A stretch of 64,000 nucleotides of DNA from Eledone cirrhosa (Eukaryota): positions 32,550,001 through 32,614,000 of the forward strand of contig OZ024760.1 in assembly GCA_964016885.1 (NCBI GenBank), in the 5' to 3' direction. Positions 26,001-38,500 of this stretch are shown here, piece after piece. The notes below the pieces were generated by a model. That model searched no databases. It saw nothing but the letters and a program-made list of their open reading frames with translations, and had not been told where the DNA came from. Each line of letters begins with the position of its first letter. Within the stretch, counting starts at the first letter, position 1. The position numbers and the translations under genes are program-made.

Positions 26001-29000
26001 AAGACAGAAAGCACCCAGTCCACCCTGTACAGTGGTTGTGTAGGTCTCAAGACAGAAAGTGCCCAGTCCACCCTGTACAGTGGTTGTGTAGGTCTTAAGA
26101 CAGAAATCACCCAGTCCACCCTGTACAGTGGTTGTGTAGGTCTCAAGACAGAAAGCACCCAGTCCACCCTGTACAGTGGTTGTGTATGTCTCAAGACAGA
26201 AAGAACCCAGACCCCACAGTACAGTGTTTGTGTAGGTCTCAAGACAGAAAGCACCCAGTCCTCCCTGTACAGTGGTTGTGTAGGTCTCAAGTCAGAAAGC
26301 ACCCAGTCCACCCTGTACAGTGGTTGTGTAGGTCTCAATACAGAAAGTGCCCAGACCACCCTGTACAGTGGTTGTGTAGGTCTCAAGACAGAAATCACCC
26401 AGTCCACCCTGTACGGTGGTTGTGTAGGTCTCAAGACAGAATGCACCCAGTCCACCCTGTACAGTGGTTGTGTAGGTCTCAAGACAGAAAGGACCCAGTC
26501 CACCCTGTACAGTGGTTGTGTAGGTCTCAAGACAGAAAGCACCCAGTCCTCCCTGTACAGTGGTTGTGTAGGTCTCAAGACAGAAAGCACCTAGTCCACC
26601 CTGTACAGTGGTTGTGTAGCTCTCAAGACAGAAAGCACCCAGTCCACCCTGTACAGTGGCTATGTAGGTCTCAAGACAGAAAGCATGCAGTCCACCATGT
26701 ACATTGGTTGTCTAGGTCTCAAGACAGAAATCATCCAGTCCACCCTGTACAGTGGTTGTGTAGGTCTCAAGACAGAAAGCACACAGTCCACACTGTACAG
26801 TGGTTGTGTAGGTCTCAAGACAGAAAGCACCCAGTCCACCCTGTACAGTGGTTGTGCAGGTCTCAAGACAGAAAGCACCCAGTACTCCCTGTACAGTGGT
26901 TGTGTAGGTCTCAAGACAGAAAGAACCCAGTCCACCCTGTACAGTGGTTGTGCAGGTCTCAAGACAGAAATCACCCAGTCCACCCTGTACATTGGTTGTG
27001 CAGGTCTCAAGACAGAAAGCACCCAGTCCACCCTGTACAGTGGTTGTGTAGGTCTCAAGACAGAAGCACCCAGTACTCCCTGTACAATGGTTGTGTAGGT
27101 CTCAAGACAGAAATCACCCAGTCCACCATGTACAGTGGTTGTGTAGATCTCAAGACAGAAAGCACCCAGTCCACCCTGTACAGTGGTTGTGTAGCTCTCA
27201 AGACAGAAAGAACCCAGTCCACCCTGTACAGTGGTTGTGTAGGTCTCAAGACAGAAAGAACCCAGTCCACCCTGTACAGTGGTTGTGCAGGTCTCAAGAC
27301 AGAAAGAACCCAGTCCACCCTGTACAGTGGTTGTGTAGGTCTCAAGTCAGAAAGCACCCGGTCCACCCTGTACAGTGGTTGTGTAGGTCTCAAGACAGAA
27401 ATCACCCAGTCCACCCTGTACAGTGGTTGTGCAGGTCTCAAGACAGAAATCACCCAGTCCACCCTGTACAGTGGTTGTGTAGGTCTCAAGACAGAAAGCA
27501 ACCAGCCCACCCTATACAGTGGTTGTGTAGGTCTCAAGACAGAGAGCAACCAGTCCACCCTGTACAGTGGTTGTGTAGGTCTCAAGACAGAAAGCACCCA
27601 GTCCACCCTGTAGTGTGGTTGTGTAGGTCTCAAGACAGAAAGCACCCAGACCACCCTGTACAGTGCTCGTGTAGGTCTCAAGAGAGAAAGTGCCCAGTCC
27701 ACCCTGTACAGTGGTTGTGCAGGTCTCAAGACAGAAAGCACCTAGTCCACCCTGTAGAGTGGTTGTGTAGGTGTCAAGACACAAAGCACCCAGTCCACAG
27801 TGTACAGTGGTTGTGTAGGTCTCAAGACAGAAATCATCCAGTCCACCCTGTACAGTGGTTGTGTAGGTCTCAAGACAGAAAGCACCCAGTCCTCCCTGTA
27901 CAGTGGTTGTGTAGGTCTCAAGACAGAAAGCACGCAGTCCACCCTGTACAGTGGCTGTGTAGGTCTCAAGACAGAAAGCACCCAGTCCACCCTGTACACT
28001 GGTTGTGTAGGTCTCAAGACAGAAAGCACCCAGTCCACCCTGTACAGTGGTTGTTTAGGTCTCAAGACAGAAAGCACCCAGTCCTCCATGTACAGTGGTT
28101 GTGTAGGTCTCAAGACAGAAAGCACCCAGTCCACCCTGTACAGTGGTTGTGCAGGTCTCAAGACAGAAAGCACCTAGTCCACCCTGTAGAGTGGTTGTGT
28201 AGGTGTCAAGACAGAAAACACCCAGTCCACAGTGTACAGTGGTTGTGTAGGTCTCTCGACAGAAAGCACCCAGTCCATCCTGTACAGTGGTTGTGTAGGT
28301 CTCAAGACAGAAAGCACCCAGTCCACCTTGTACAGTGGTTGTGTAGGTCTCAAGACAGAAAGCACCCAGTCCACACTGTACAGTGGTTGTGTAGGTCTCA
28401 AGACAGAAAGCACCCAGTCCACCCTGTACAGTGGTTGTGTAGGTCTCAAGACAGAAAGTGCCCAGTCCACCCTGTACAGTGGTTGTGTAGGTCTCAAGAC
28501 AGAAATCACCCAGTCCCCCGTGTACAGTGGTTGTGTAGGTCTCAAGACAGAAAGCACACAGTCCACCCTGTACAGTGGTTGTGTAGGTCTCAAGACTGAA
28601 AGCACCCAGTACACACTGTACAGTGGTTGTGTAGGTCTCAAGACTGAAAGCACCCAGTACACACTGTACAGTGGTTGTGTAGGTCTCAAGACTGAAAGCA
28701 CCCAGTACACACTGTACAGTGGTAGTGTAGGTCTCAAGACAGAAAGAACCCAGTCCACACTGTACAGTGGTTGTGTAGGTCTCAAGACTGAAAGCACCCA
28801 GTACACACTGTACAGTGGTTGTGTAGGTCTCAAGACAGAATGCACCCAGACCACCCTGTACAGTGGTAGTGTAGGTCTCAAGACAGAAAGCACCCAGTCC
28901 ACCTTGTACAGTGGTTGTGTAGGTCTCAAGACAGAAAGCACCCAGTCCACCATGTACGGTGGTTGTGTAGGTCTCAAGACAGAATGCACGCAGTCCACCC

Positions 29001-30615
29001 TGTACAGTGGTTGTGTAGGTCTCAAGACAGAAAGGACCCAGTCCACACTGTACAGTGGTTGTGTAGGTCTCATGACAGAAAGCACACAGTCCACACTGTA
29101 CAGTGGTTGTGTAGGTCTCAAGACAGAAAGCACCCAGTCCACCCTGTACAGTGGTTGTGCAGGTCTCAAGACAGAAAGCACCCAGTACTCCCTGTACAGT
29201 GGTTGTGTAGGTCTCGAGACAGAAATCACCCAGTCCATCCTGTACAATGGTAGTGTAGGTCTCAAGACAGAAATCACCCAGTCCACCCTGTACAGTGGTT
29301 GTGCAGGTCTCAAGACAGAAAGCACCCAGTCCACCCTGTACAGTGGTTGTGTAGGTCTCAAGACAGAAGCACCCAGTACTCCCTGTACAATGGTTGTGTA
29401 GGTCTCAAGACAGAAATCACCCAGTCCACCATGTACAGTGGTTGTGTAGATCTCAAGACAGAAAGCACCCAGTCCACCCTGTACAGTGGTTGTGTAGCTC
29501 TCAAGACAGAAAGAACCCAGTCCACCCTGTACAGTGGTTGTGTAGGTCTCAAGACAGAAAGAACCCAGTCCACCCTGTACAGTGGTTGTGCAGGTCTCAA
29601 GACAGAAAGAACCCAGTCCACCCTGTACGGTGGTTGTGTAGGTCTCAAGACAGAATGCACCCAGTCCACCCTGTACAGTGGTTGTGTAGGTCTCAAGACA
29701 GAAAGGACCCAGTCCACACTGTACAGTGGTTGTGTAGGTCTCAAGACGGAAAGCACCCAGTCCTCCCTGTACAGTGGTTGTGTAGGTCTCAAGACAGAAA
29801 GCACCTAGTCCACCCTGTACAGTGGTTGTGTAGCTCTCAAGACAGAAAGCACCCAGTCCACCCTGTACAGTGGCTATGTAGGTCTCAAGACAGAAAGCAT
29901 GCAGTCCACCATGTACATTGGTTGTCTAGGTCTCAAGACAGAAATCATCCAGTCCACCCTGTACAGTGGTTGTGTAGGTCTCAAGACAGAAAGCACACAG
30001 TCCACACTGTACAGTGGTTGTGTAGGTCTCAAGACAGAAAGCACCCAGTCCACCCTGTACAGTGGTTGTGCAGGTCTCAAGACAGAAAGCACCCAGTACT
30101 CCCTGTACAGTGGTTGTGTAGGTCTCAAGACAGAAATCACCCAGTCCAACCTGTACAGTGGTTGTGCAGGTCTCAAGACAGAAATCACCCAGTCCACCCT
30201 GTACAGTGGTTGTGCAGGTCTCAAGACAGAAATCACCCAGTCCACCCTGTACAGTGGTTGTGTAGGTCTCAAGACAGAAAGCACCCAGTCCACCCTGTAC
30301 AGTGGTTGTGCAGGTCTCAAGACAGAAAGCACCCAGTACTCCCTGTACAGTGGTTGTGTAGGTCTCAAGACAGAAATCACCCAGTCCAACCTGTACAGTG
30401 GTTGTGCAGGTCTCAAGACAGAAATCACCCAGTCCACCCTGTACAGTGGTTGTGTAGGTCTCAAGACAGAAAGAACCCAGTCCAACCTGTACAGTGGTTG
30501 TGCAGGTCTCAAGACAGAAATCACCCAGTCCACCCTGTACAGTGGTTGTGCAGGTCTCAAGACAGAAAGCACCCAGTCCACCCTGTACAGTGGTTGTGTA
30601 GGTCTCAAGACAGAA
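21276..30615. repeat. Direct tandem duplication of 4654 bp (97 monomers)
   Basis: ORF pairs 21478/26132, 22437/27091, 23578/28232 and 24740/29394 are offset by 4654 (97x48-2). I noticed one difference (CTCCAGAC ~25137 vs CTCAAGAC). Confidence 0.92.
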
Positions 30616-32579
30616 GCACCCAGTACACCCTGTACAATGGTTGTGTAGGTCTCAAGACAGAAATCACCCAGTCCACCATGTACAGTGGTTGTGTAGATCT
30701 CAAGACAGAAAGCACCCAGTCCACCCTGTACAGTGGTTGTGTAGCTCTCAAGACAGAAAGCACCCAGTCCACCCTGTACAGTGGTTGTGTAGGTCTCAAG
30801 ACAGAAATCACCCAGTCCACCCTGTACAGTGGTTGTGCAGGTCTCAAGACAGAAAGCACCCAGTCCATCCTGTACAGTGGTTGTGTAGGTCTCAAGACAG
30901 AAAGCACCCAGTCCACCTTGTACAGTGGTTGTGTAGGTCTCAAGACAGAAAGCACCCAGTCCACACTGTACAGTGGTTGTGTAGGTCTCAAGACAGAAAG
31001 CACCCAGTCCACCCTGTACAGTGGTTGTGTAGGTCTCAAGACAGAAAGTACCCAGTCCACCCTGTACAGTGGTTGTGTAGGTCTCAAGACAGAAATCACC
31101 CAGTCCCCCCTGTACAGTGGTTGTGTAGGTCTCAAGACAGAAAGCACACAGTCCACCCTGTACAGTGGTTGTGTAGGTCTCAAGACAGAAAGAACCCAGT
31201 CCACACTGTACAGTGGTTGTGTAGGTCTCAAGACTGAAAGCACCCAGTACACACTGTACAGTGGTTGTGTAGGTCTCAAGACAGAATGCACACAGACCAC
31301 CCTGTACAGTGGTAGTGTAGGTCTCAAGACAGAAATCACCCAGTCCACCATGTACGGTGGTTGTGTAGGTCTCAAGACAGAATGCACGCAGTCCACCCTG
31401 TACAGTGGTTGTGTAGGTCTCAAGACAGAAAGGACCCAGTCCACACTGTACAGTGGTTGTGTAGGTCTCATGACAGAAAGCACACAGTCCACACTGTACA
31501 GTGGTTGTGTAGATCTCAAGACAGAAAGCACCCAGTCCACCCTGTACAGTGGTTGTGCAGGTCTCAAGACAGAAAGCACCCAGTACTCCCTGTACAGTGG
31601 TTGTGTAGGTCTCGAGACAGAAATCACCCAGTCCATCCTGTACAATGGTAGTGTAGGTCTCAAGACAGAAATCACCCAGTCCACCCTGTACAGTGGTTGT
31701 GTAGGTCTCAAGACAGAAAGCACCTAGACCACCCTGTAGAGTGGTTGTGTAGGTGTCAAGACAGAAAGCACCAAGTCCACACTGTACAGTGGTTGTGTAG
31801 GTCTCAAGACAGAAAGCACCCAGTCCACCTTGTACAGTGGTTGTATAGGTCTCAAGACAGAAAGCACCCAGTCCACACTGTACAGTGGTTGTGTAGGTCT
31901 CAAGACAGAAACAGACAGTCCACCCTGTACAGTGGTTGTGTAGGTCTCAAGACAGATATCACCCAGTCCACCATGTACAGTGGTTGTGTAGCTCTCAAGA
32001 CAGAAAGCACCCAGTCCACCCTGTACAGTGGTTGTGTAGGTCTCAAGACAGAAAGCAGCCAGTCCACGCTGTACAGTGGTTGTGTAGGTCTCAAGAGAGA
32101 AAGCACCCAGTCCACCCTGTACAGTGGTTGTGCAGGTCTCAAGACAGAAATCACCCAGTCCACCCTGTACAGTAGTTGTGTAGGTCTCAAGACAGAAAGT
32201 GCCCAGTCCACCCTGTACAGTGGTTGTGTAGGTCTCAAGACAGAAAGCACCCAGTCCTCCCTGTACAGTGGTTGTGTAGGTCTCAAGTCAGAAAGCACCC
32301 AGTCCACCCTGTACAGTGGTTGTGTAGGTCTCAAGACAGAAATCACCCAGTCCACCCTGTACGGTGGTTGTGTAGGTCTCAAGACAGAATGCACCCAGTC
32401 CACCCTGTACAGTGGTTGTGTAGGTCTCAAGACAGAAAGGACCCAGTCCACACTGTACAGTGGTTGTGTAGGTCTCAAGACAGAAAGCACCCAGTCCTCC
32501 CTGTACAGTGGTTGTGTAGGTCTCAAGACAGAAAGCACCTAGTCCACACTGTACAGTGGTTGTGTAGCTCTCAAGACAG

Positions 32580-35500
32580 AAAGCACCCAGTCCACCCTGT
32601 ACAGTGGCTATGTAGGTCTCAAGACAGAAAGCATGCAGTCCACCATGTACATTGGTTGTATAGGTCTCAAGACAGAAATCATCCAGTCCACCCTGTACAG
32701 TGGTTGTGTAGGTCTCAAGACAGAAAGCACACAGACCACACTGTACAGTGGTTGTGTAGGTCTCAAGACAGAAAGCACCCAGTCCACCCTGTACAGTGGT
32801 TGTGCAGGTCTCAAGACAGAAAGCACCCAGTACTCCCTGTACAGTGGTTGTGTAGGTCTCAAGACAGAAATCACCCAGTCCAACCTGTACAGTGGTTGTG
32901 CAGGTCTCAAGACAGAAATCACCCAGTCCACCCTGTACAGTGGTTGTGCAGGTCTCAAGACAGAAATCACCCAGTCCACCCTGTACAGTGGTTGTGTAGG
33001 TCTCAAGACAGAAAGCACCCAGTCCACCCTGTACAGTGGTTGTGCAGGTCTCAAGACAGAAAGCACCCAGTACTCCCTGTACAGTGGTTGTGTAGGTCTC
33101 AAGACAGAAATCACCCAGTCCAACCTGTACAGTGGTTGTGCAGGTCTCAAGACAGAAATCACCCAGTCCACCCTGTACAGTGGTTGTGCAGGTCTCAAGA
33201 CAGAAATCACCCAGTCCACCCTGTACAGTGGTTGTGTAGGTCTCAAGACAGAAAGAACCCAGTCCAACCTGTACAGTGGTTGTGCAGGTCTCAAGACAGA
33301 AATCACCCAGTCCACCCTGTACAGTGGTTGTGCAGGTCTCAAGACAGAAAGCACCCAGTCCACCCTGTACAGTGGTTGTGTAGGTCTCAAGACAGAAGCA
33401 CCCAGTACACCCTGTACAATGGTTGTGTAGGTCTCGAGACAGAAATCACCCAGTCCACCATGTACAGTGGTTGTGTAGATCTCAAGACAGAAAGCACCCA
33501 GTCCACCCTGTACAGTGGTTGTGTAGCTCTCAAGACAGAAAGCACCCAGTCCACCCTGTACAGTGGTTGTGTAGGTCTCAAGACAGAAATCACCCAGTCC
33601 ACCCTGTACAGTGGTTGTGCAGGTCTCAAGACAGAAATAACCCAGTCCACCCTGTACAGTGGTTGTGTAGGTCTCAAGACAGAAAGCAACCAGCCCACCC
33701 TGTACAGTGGTTGTGTAGGTCTCAAGACAGAAAGCACCCCGTCCACCCTGTACAGTGGTTGTGTAGGTCTCAAGACAGAAATCACCCAGTCCACCCTGTA
33801 CAGTGGTTGTGTAGGTCTCAAGACAGAAAGCACCAGGTCCACACTGTACAGTGGTTGTGTAGATCTCAAGACAGAAAGCACCCAGTCCACCCTGTAGTGT
33901 GGTGGTTGTGTAGGTCTCAAGACAGAAAGCACCCAGACCACCCTGTACAGTGGTCGTGTAGGTCTCAAGACAGAAAGTGCCCAGTCCACCCTGTACAGTG
34001 GTTGTGTAGGTCTCAAGACAGAAATCACCCAGTCCACCCTGTACGGTGGTTGTGTAGGTCTCAAGACAGAATGCACCCAGTCCTCCCTGTACAGTGGTTG
34101 TGTAGGTCTCATGACAGAAAGGACCCAGTCCACACTGTACAGTGGTTGTGTAGGTCTCAAGACAGAAAGCACCCAGTCCTCCCTGTACAGTGGTTGTGTA
34201 GGTATCAAGACAGAAAGCACCCAGTCCACCCTGTACAGTGGCTATGTAGGTCTTAAGACAGAAAGCATGCAGTCCACCATGTACATTGGTTGTGTAGGTC
34301 TCAAGACAGAAATCATCCAGTCCACCCTGTACAGTGGTTGTGTAGGTCTCAAGACAGAAAGCACGCAGTCCACCCTGTACAGTGGCTGTGTAGGTCTCAA
34401 GACAGAAAGCACCCAGTCCACCCTGTACACTGGTTGTGTAGGTCTCAAGACAGAAAGCACCCAGGCCACCCTGTACAGTGGTTGTTTAGGTCTCAAGTCA
34501 GAAAGCACCCAGTCCTCCATGTACAGTGGTTGTGTAGGTCTCAAGACAGAAAGCACCCAGTCCACCCTGTACAGTGGTTGTGCAGGTCTCAAGACAGAAA
34601 GCACCCAGTCCACCCTGTACAGTGGTTGTGTAGGTCCCAAGACAGAAGCACCCGGTCCACACTGTACAGTGGTTGTGTAGGTTTCAAGACAGAAAGCATC
34701 CAGTCCTCCCTGTACAGTGGTTGTGTAGGTCTCAAGACAGAAATCACCCAGACCACCCTGTACAGTGGTTGTGTAGGTCTCAAGACAGAAAGCACCCAGT
34801 CCACCCTGTAGAGTGGTTGTGTAGGTGTCAAGACAGAAAGCACCCAGTCCACAGTGTACAGTAGTTGTGTAGGTCTCAAGACAGAAAGTGCCCAGTCCAC
34901 CCTGTACAGTGGTTGTGTAGGTCTCAAGACAGAAATCACCCATTCCACCCTGTACAGTGGTTGTGTAGGTCTCAAGACAGAAAGCACACAGTCCACCCTG
35001 TACAGTGGTTGTGTAGGTCTCAAGACAGAAAGAACCCAGTCCACACTGTACAGTGGTTGTGTAGGTCTCAAGACAGAAAGCACCCAGTCCACACTGTACA
35101 GTGGTTGTGTAGGTCTCAAGACAGAATGCACCCAGACCACCCTGTACAGTGGTCGTGTAGGTCTCAAGACAGAAAGTGCCCAGTCCACCCTGTACAGTGG
35201 TTGTGTAGGTCTCAAGACAGAAAGCACCCAGTCCACCATGTACGGTGGTCGTGTAGCTCTCAAGACAGAAAGCACCCAGTCCACCCTGTAGAGTGGCTAT
35301 GTAGGTCTCAAGACAGAAAGCATGCAGTCCACCATGTACATTGGTTGTATAGGTCTCAAGACAGAAATCATCCAGTCCAACCTGTACAGTGGTTGTGTAG
35401 GTCTCAAGACAGAAAGCACACAGACCACACTGTACAGTGGTTGTGTAGGTCTCAAGACAGAAAGCACCCAGTCCACCCTGTACAGTGGTTGTGCAGGTCT

Positions 35501-38500
35501 CAAGACAGAAAGCACCCAGTACTCCCTGTACAGTGGTTGTGTAGGTCTCAAGACAGAAATCACCCAGTCCAACCTGTACAGTGGTTGTGCAGGTCTCAAG
35601 ACAGAAATCACCCAGTCCACCCTGTACAGTGGTTGTGCAGGTCTCAAGACAGAAATCACCCAGTCCACCCTGTACAGTGGTTGTGTAGGTCTCAAGACAG
35701 AAAGCACCCAGTCCACCCTGTACAGTGGTTGTGCAGGTCTCAAGACAGAAAGCACCCAGTACTCCCTGTACAGTGGTTGTGTAGGTCTCAAGACAGAAAT
35801 CACCCAGTCCAACCTGTACAGTGGTTGTGCAGGTCTCAAGACAGAAATCACCCAGTCCACCCTGTACAGTGGTTGTGCAGGTCTCAAGACAGAAATCACC
35901 CAGTCCACCCTGTACAGTGGTTGTGTAGGTCTCAAGACAGAAAGAACCCAGTCCAACCTGTACAGTGGTTGTGCAGGTCTCAAGACAGAAATCACCCAGT
36001 CCACCCTGTACAGTGGTTGTGCAGGTCTCAAGACAGAAAGCACCCAGTCCACCCTGTACAGTGGTTGTGTAGGTCTCAAGACAGAAGCACCCAGTACACC
36101 CTGTACAATGGTTGTGTAGGTCTCGAGACAGAAATCACCCAGTCCACCATGTACAGTGGTTGTGTAGATCTCAAGACAGAAAGCACCCAGTCCACCCTGT
36201 ACAGTGGTTGTGTAGCTCTCAAGACAGAAAGCACCCAGTCCACCCTGTACAGTGGTTGTGTAGGTCTCAAGACAGAAATCACCCAGTCCACCCTGTACAG
36301 TGGTTGTGCGGGTCTCAAGACAGAAATCACCCAGTCCACCCTGTACAGTGGTTGTGTAGGTCTCAAGACAGAAAGCAACCAGCCCACCCTGTACAGTGGT
36401 TGTGTAGGTCTCAAGACAGAAAGCACCCCGTCCACCCTGTACAGTGGTTGTGTAGGTCTCAAGACAGAAATCACCCAGTCCACCCTGTACAGTGGTTGTG
36501 TAGGTCTCAAGACAGAAAGCACCAGGTCCACACTGTACAGTGGTTGTGTAGATCTCAAGACAGAAAGCACCCAGTCCACCCTGTAGTGTGGTGGTTGTGT
36601 AGGTCTCAAGACAGAAAGCACCCAGACCACCCTGTACAGTGGTCGTGTAGGTCTCAAGACAGAAAGTGCCCAGTCCACCCTGTACAGTGGTTGTGTAGGT
36701 CTCAAGACAGAAATCACCCAGTCCACCCTGTACGGTGGTTGTGTAGGTCTCAAGACAGAATGCACCCAGTCCTCCCTGTACAGTGGTTGTGTAGGTCTCA
36801 TGACAGAAAGGACCCAGTCCACACTGTACAGTGGTTGTGTAGGTCTCAAGACTGAAAGCACCCAGTCCTCCCTGTACAGTGGTTGTGTAGGTATCAAGAC
36901 AGAAAGCACCCAGTCCACCCTGTACAGTGGCTATGTAGGTCTTAAGACAGAAAGCATGCAGTCCACCATGTACATTGGTTGTGTAGGTCTCAAGACAGAA
37001 ATCATCCAGTCCACCCTGTACAGTGGTTGTGTAGGTCTCAAGACAGAAAGCACGCAGTCCACCCTGTACAGTGGCTGTGTAGGTCTCAAGACAGAAAGCA
37101 CCCAGTCCACCCTGTACACTGGTTGTGTAGGTCTCAAGACAGAAAGCACCCAGGCCACCCTGTACAGTGGTTGTTTAGGTCTCAAGTCAGAAAGCACCCA
37201 GTCCTCCATGTACAGTGGTTGTGTAGGTCTCAAGACAGAAAGCACCCAGTCCACCCTGTACAGTGGTTGTGCAGGTCTCAAGACAGAAAGCACCCAGTCC
37301 ACCCTGTACAGTGGTTGTGTAGGTCCCAAGACAGAAGCACCCGGTCCACACTGTACAGTGGTTGTGTAGGTTTAGAGACAGAAAGCATCCAGTCCTCCCT
37401 GTACAGTGGTTGTGTAGGTCTCAAGACAGAAATCACCCAGACCACCCTGTACAGTGGCTGTGTAGGTCTCAAGACAGAAAGCACCCAGTCCACCCTGTAG
37501 AGTGATTGTGTAGGTGTCAAGACAGAAAGCACCCAGTCCACAGTGTACAGTAGTTGTGTAGGTCTCAAGACAGAAAGTGCCCAGTCCACCCTGTACAGTG
37601 GTTGTGTAGGTCTCAAGACAGAAATCACCCATTCCACCCTGTACAGTGGTTGTGTAGGTCTCAAGACAGAAAGCACACAGTCCACCCTGTACAGTGATTG
37701 TGTAGGTCTCAAGACAGAAAGAACCCAGTCCACACTGTACAGTGGTTGTGTAGGTCTCAAGACAGAAAGCACCCAGTCCACACTGTACAGTGGTTGTGTA
37801 GGTCTCAAGACAGAATGCACCCAGACCACCCTGTACAGTGGTCGTGTAGGTCTCAAGACAGAAAGTGCCCAGTCCACCCTGTACAGTGGTTGTGTAGGTC
37901 TCAAGACAGAAAGCACCCAGTCCACCATGTACGGTGGTCGTGTAGCTCTCAAGACAGAAAGCACCCAGTCCACCCTGTAGAGTGGCTATGTAGGTCTCAA
38001 GACAGAAATCATCCAGTCCACCCTGTACAGTGGTTGTGTAGGTCTCAAGACAGAAAGCACGCAGTCCACCCTGTACAGTGGCTGTGTAGGTCTCAAGACA
38101 GAAAGCACCCAGTCCACCCTGTACACTGGTTGTGTAGGTCTCAAGACAGAAAGCACCCAGGCCACCCTGTACAGTGGTTGTTTAGGTCTCAAGTCAGAAA
38201 GCACCCAGTCCTCCATGTACAGTGGTTGTGTAGGTCTCAAGACAGAAAGCACCCAGTCCACCCTGTACAGTGGTTGTGCAGGTCTCAAGACAGAAAGCAC
38301 CCAGTCCACCCTGTACAGTGGTTGTGTAGGTCCCAAGACAGAAGCACCTGGTCCACACTGTACAGTGGTTGTGTAGGTTTCAAGACAGAAAGCATCCAGT
38401 CCTCCCTGTACAGTGGTTGTGTAGGTCTCAAGACAGAAATCACCCAGACCACCCTGTACAGTGGTTGTGTAGGTCTCAAGACAGAAAGCACCCAGTCCAC

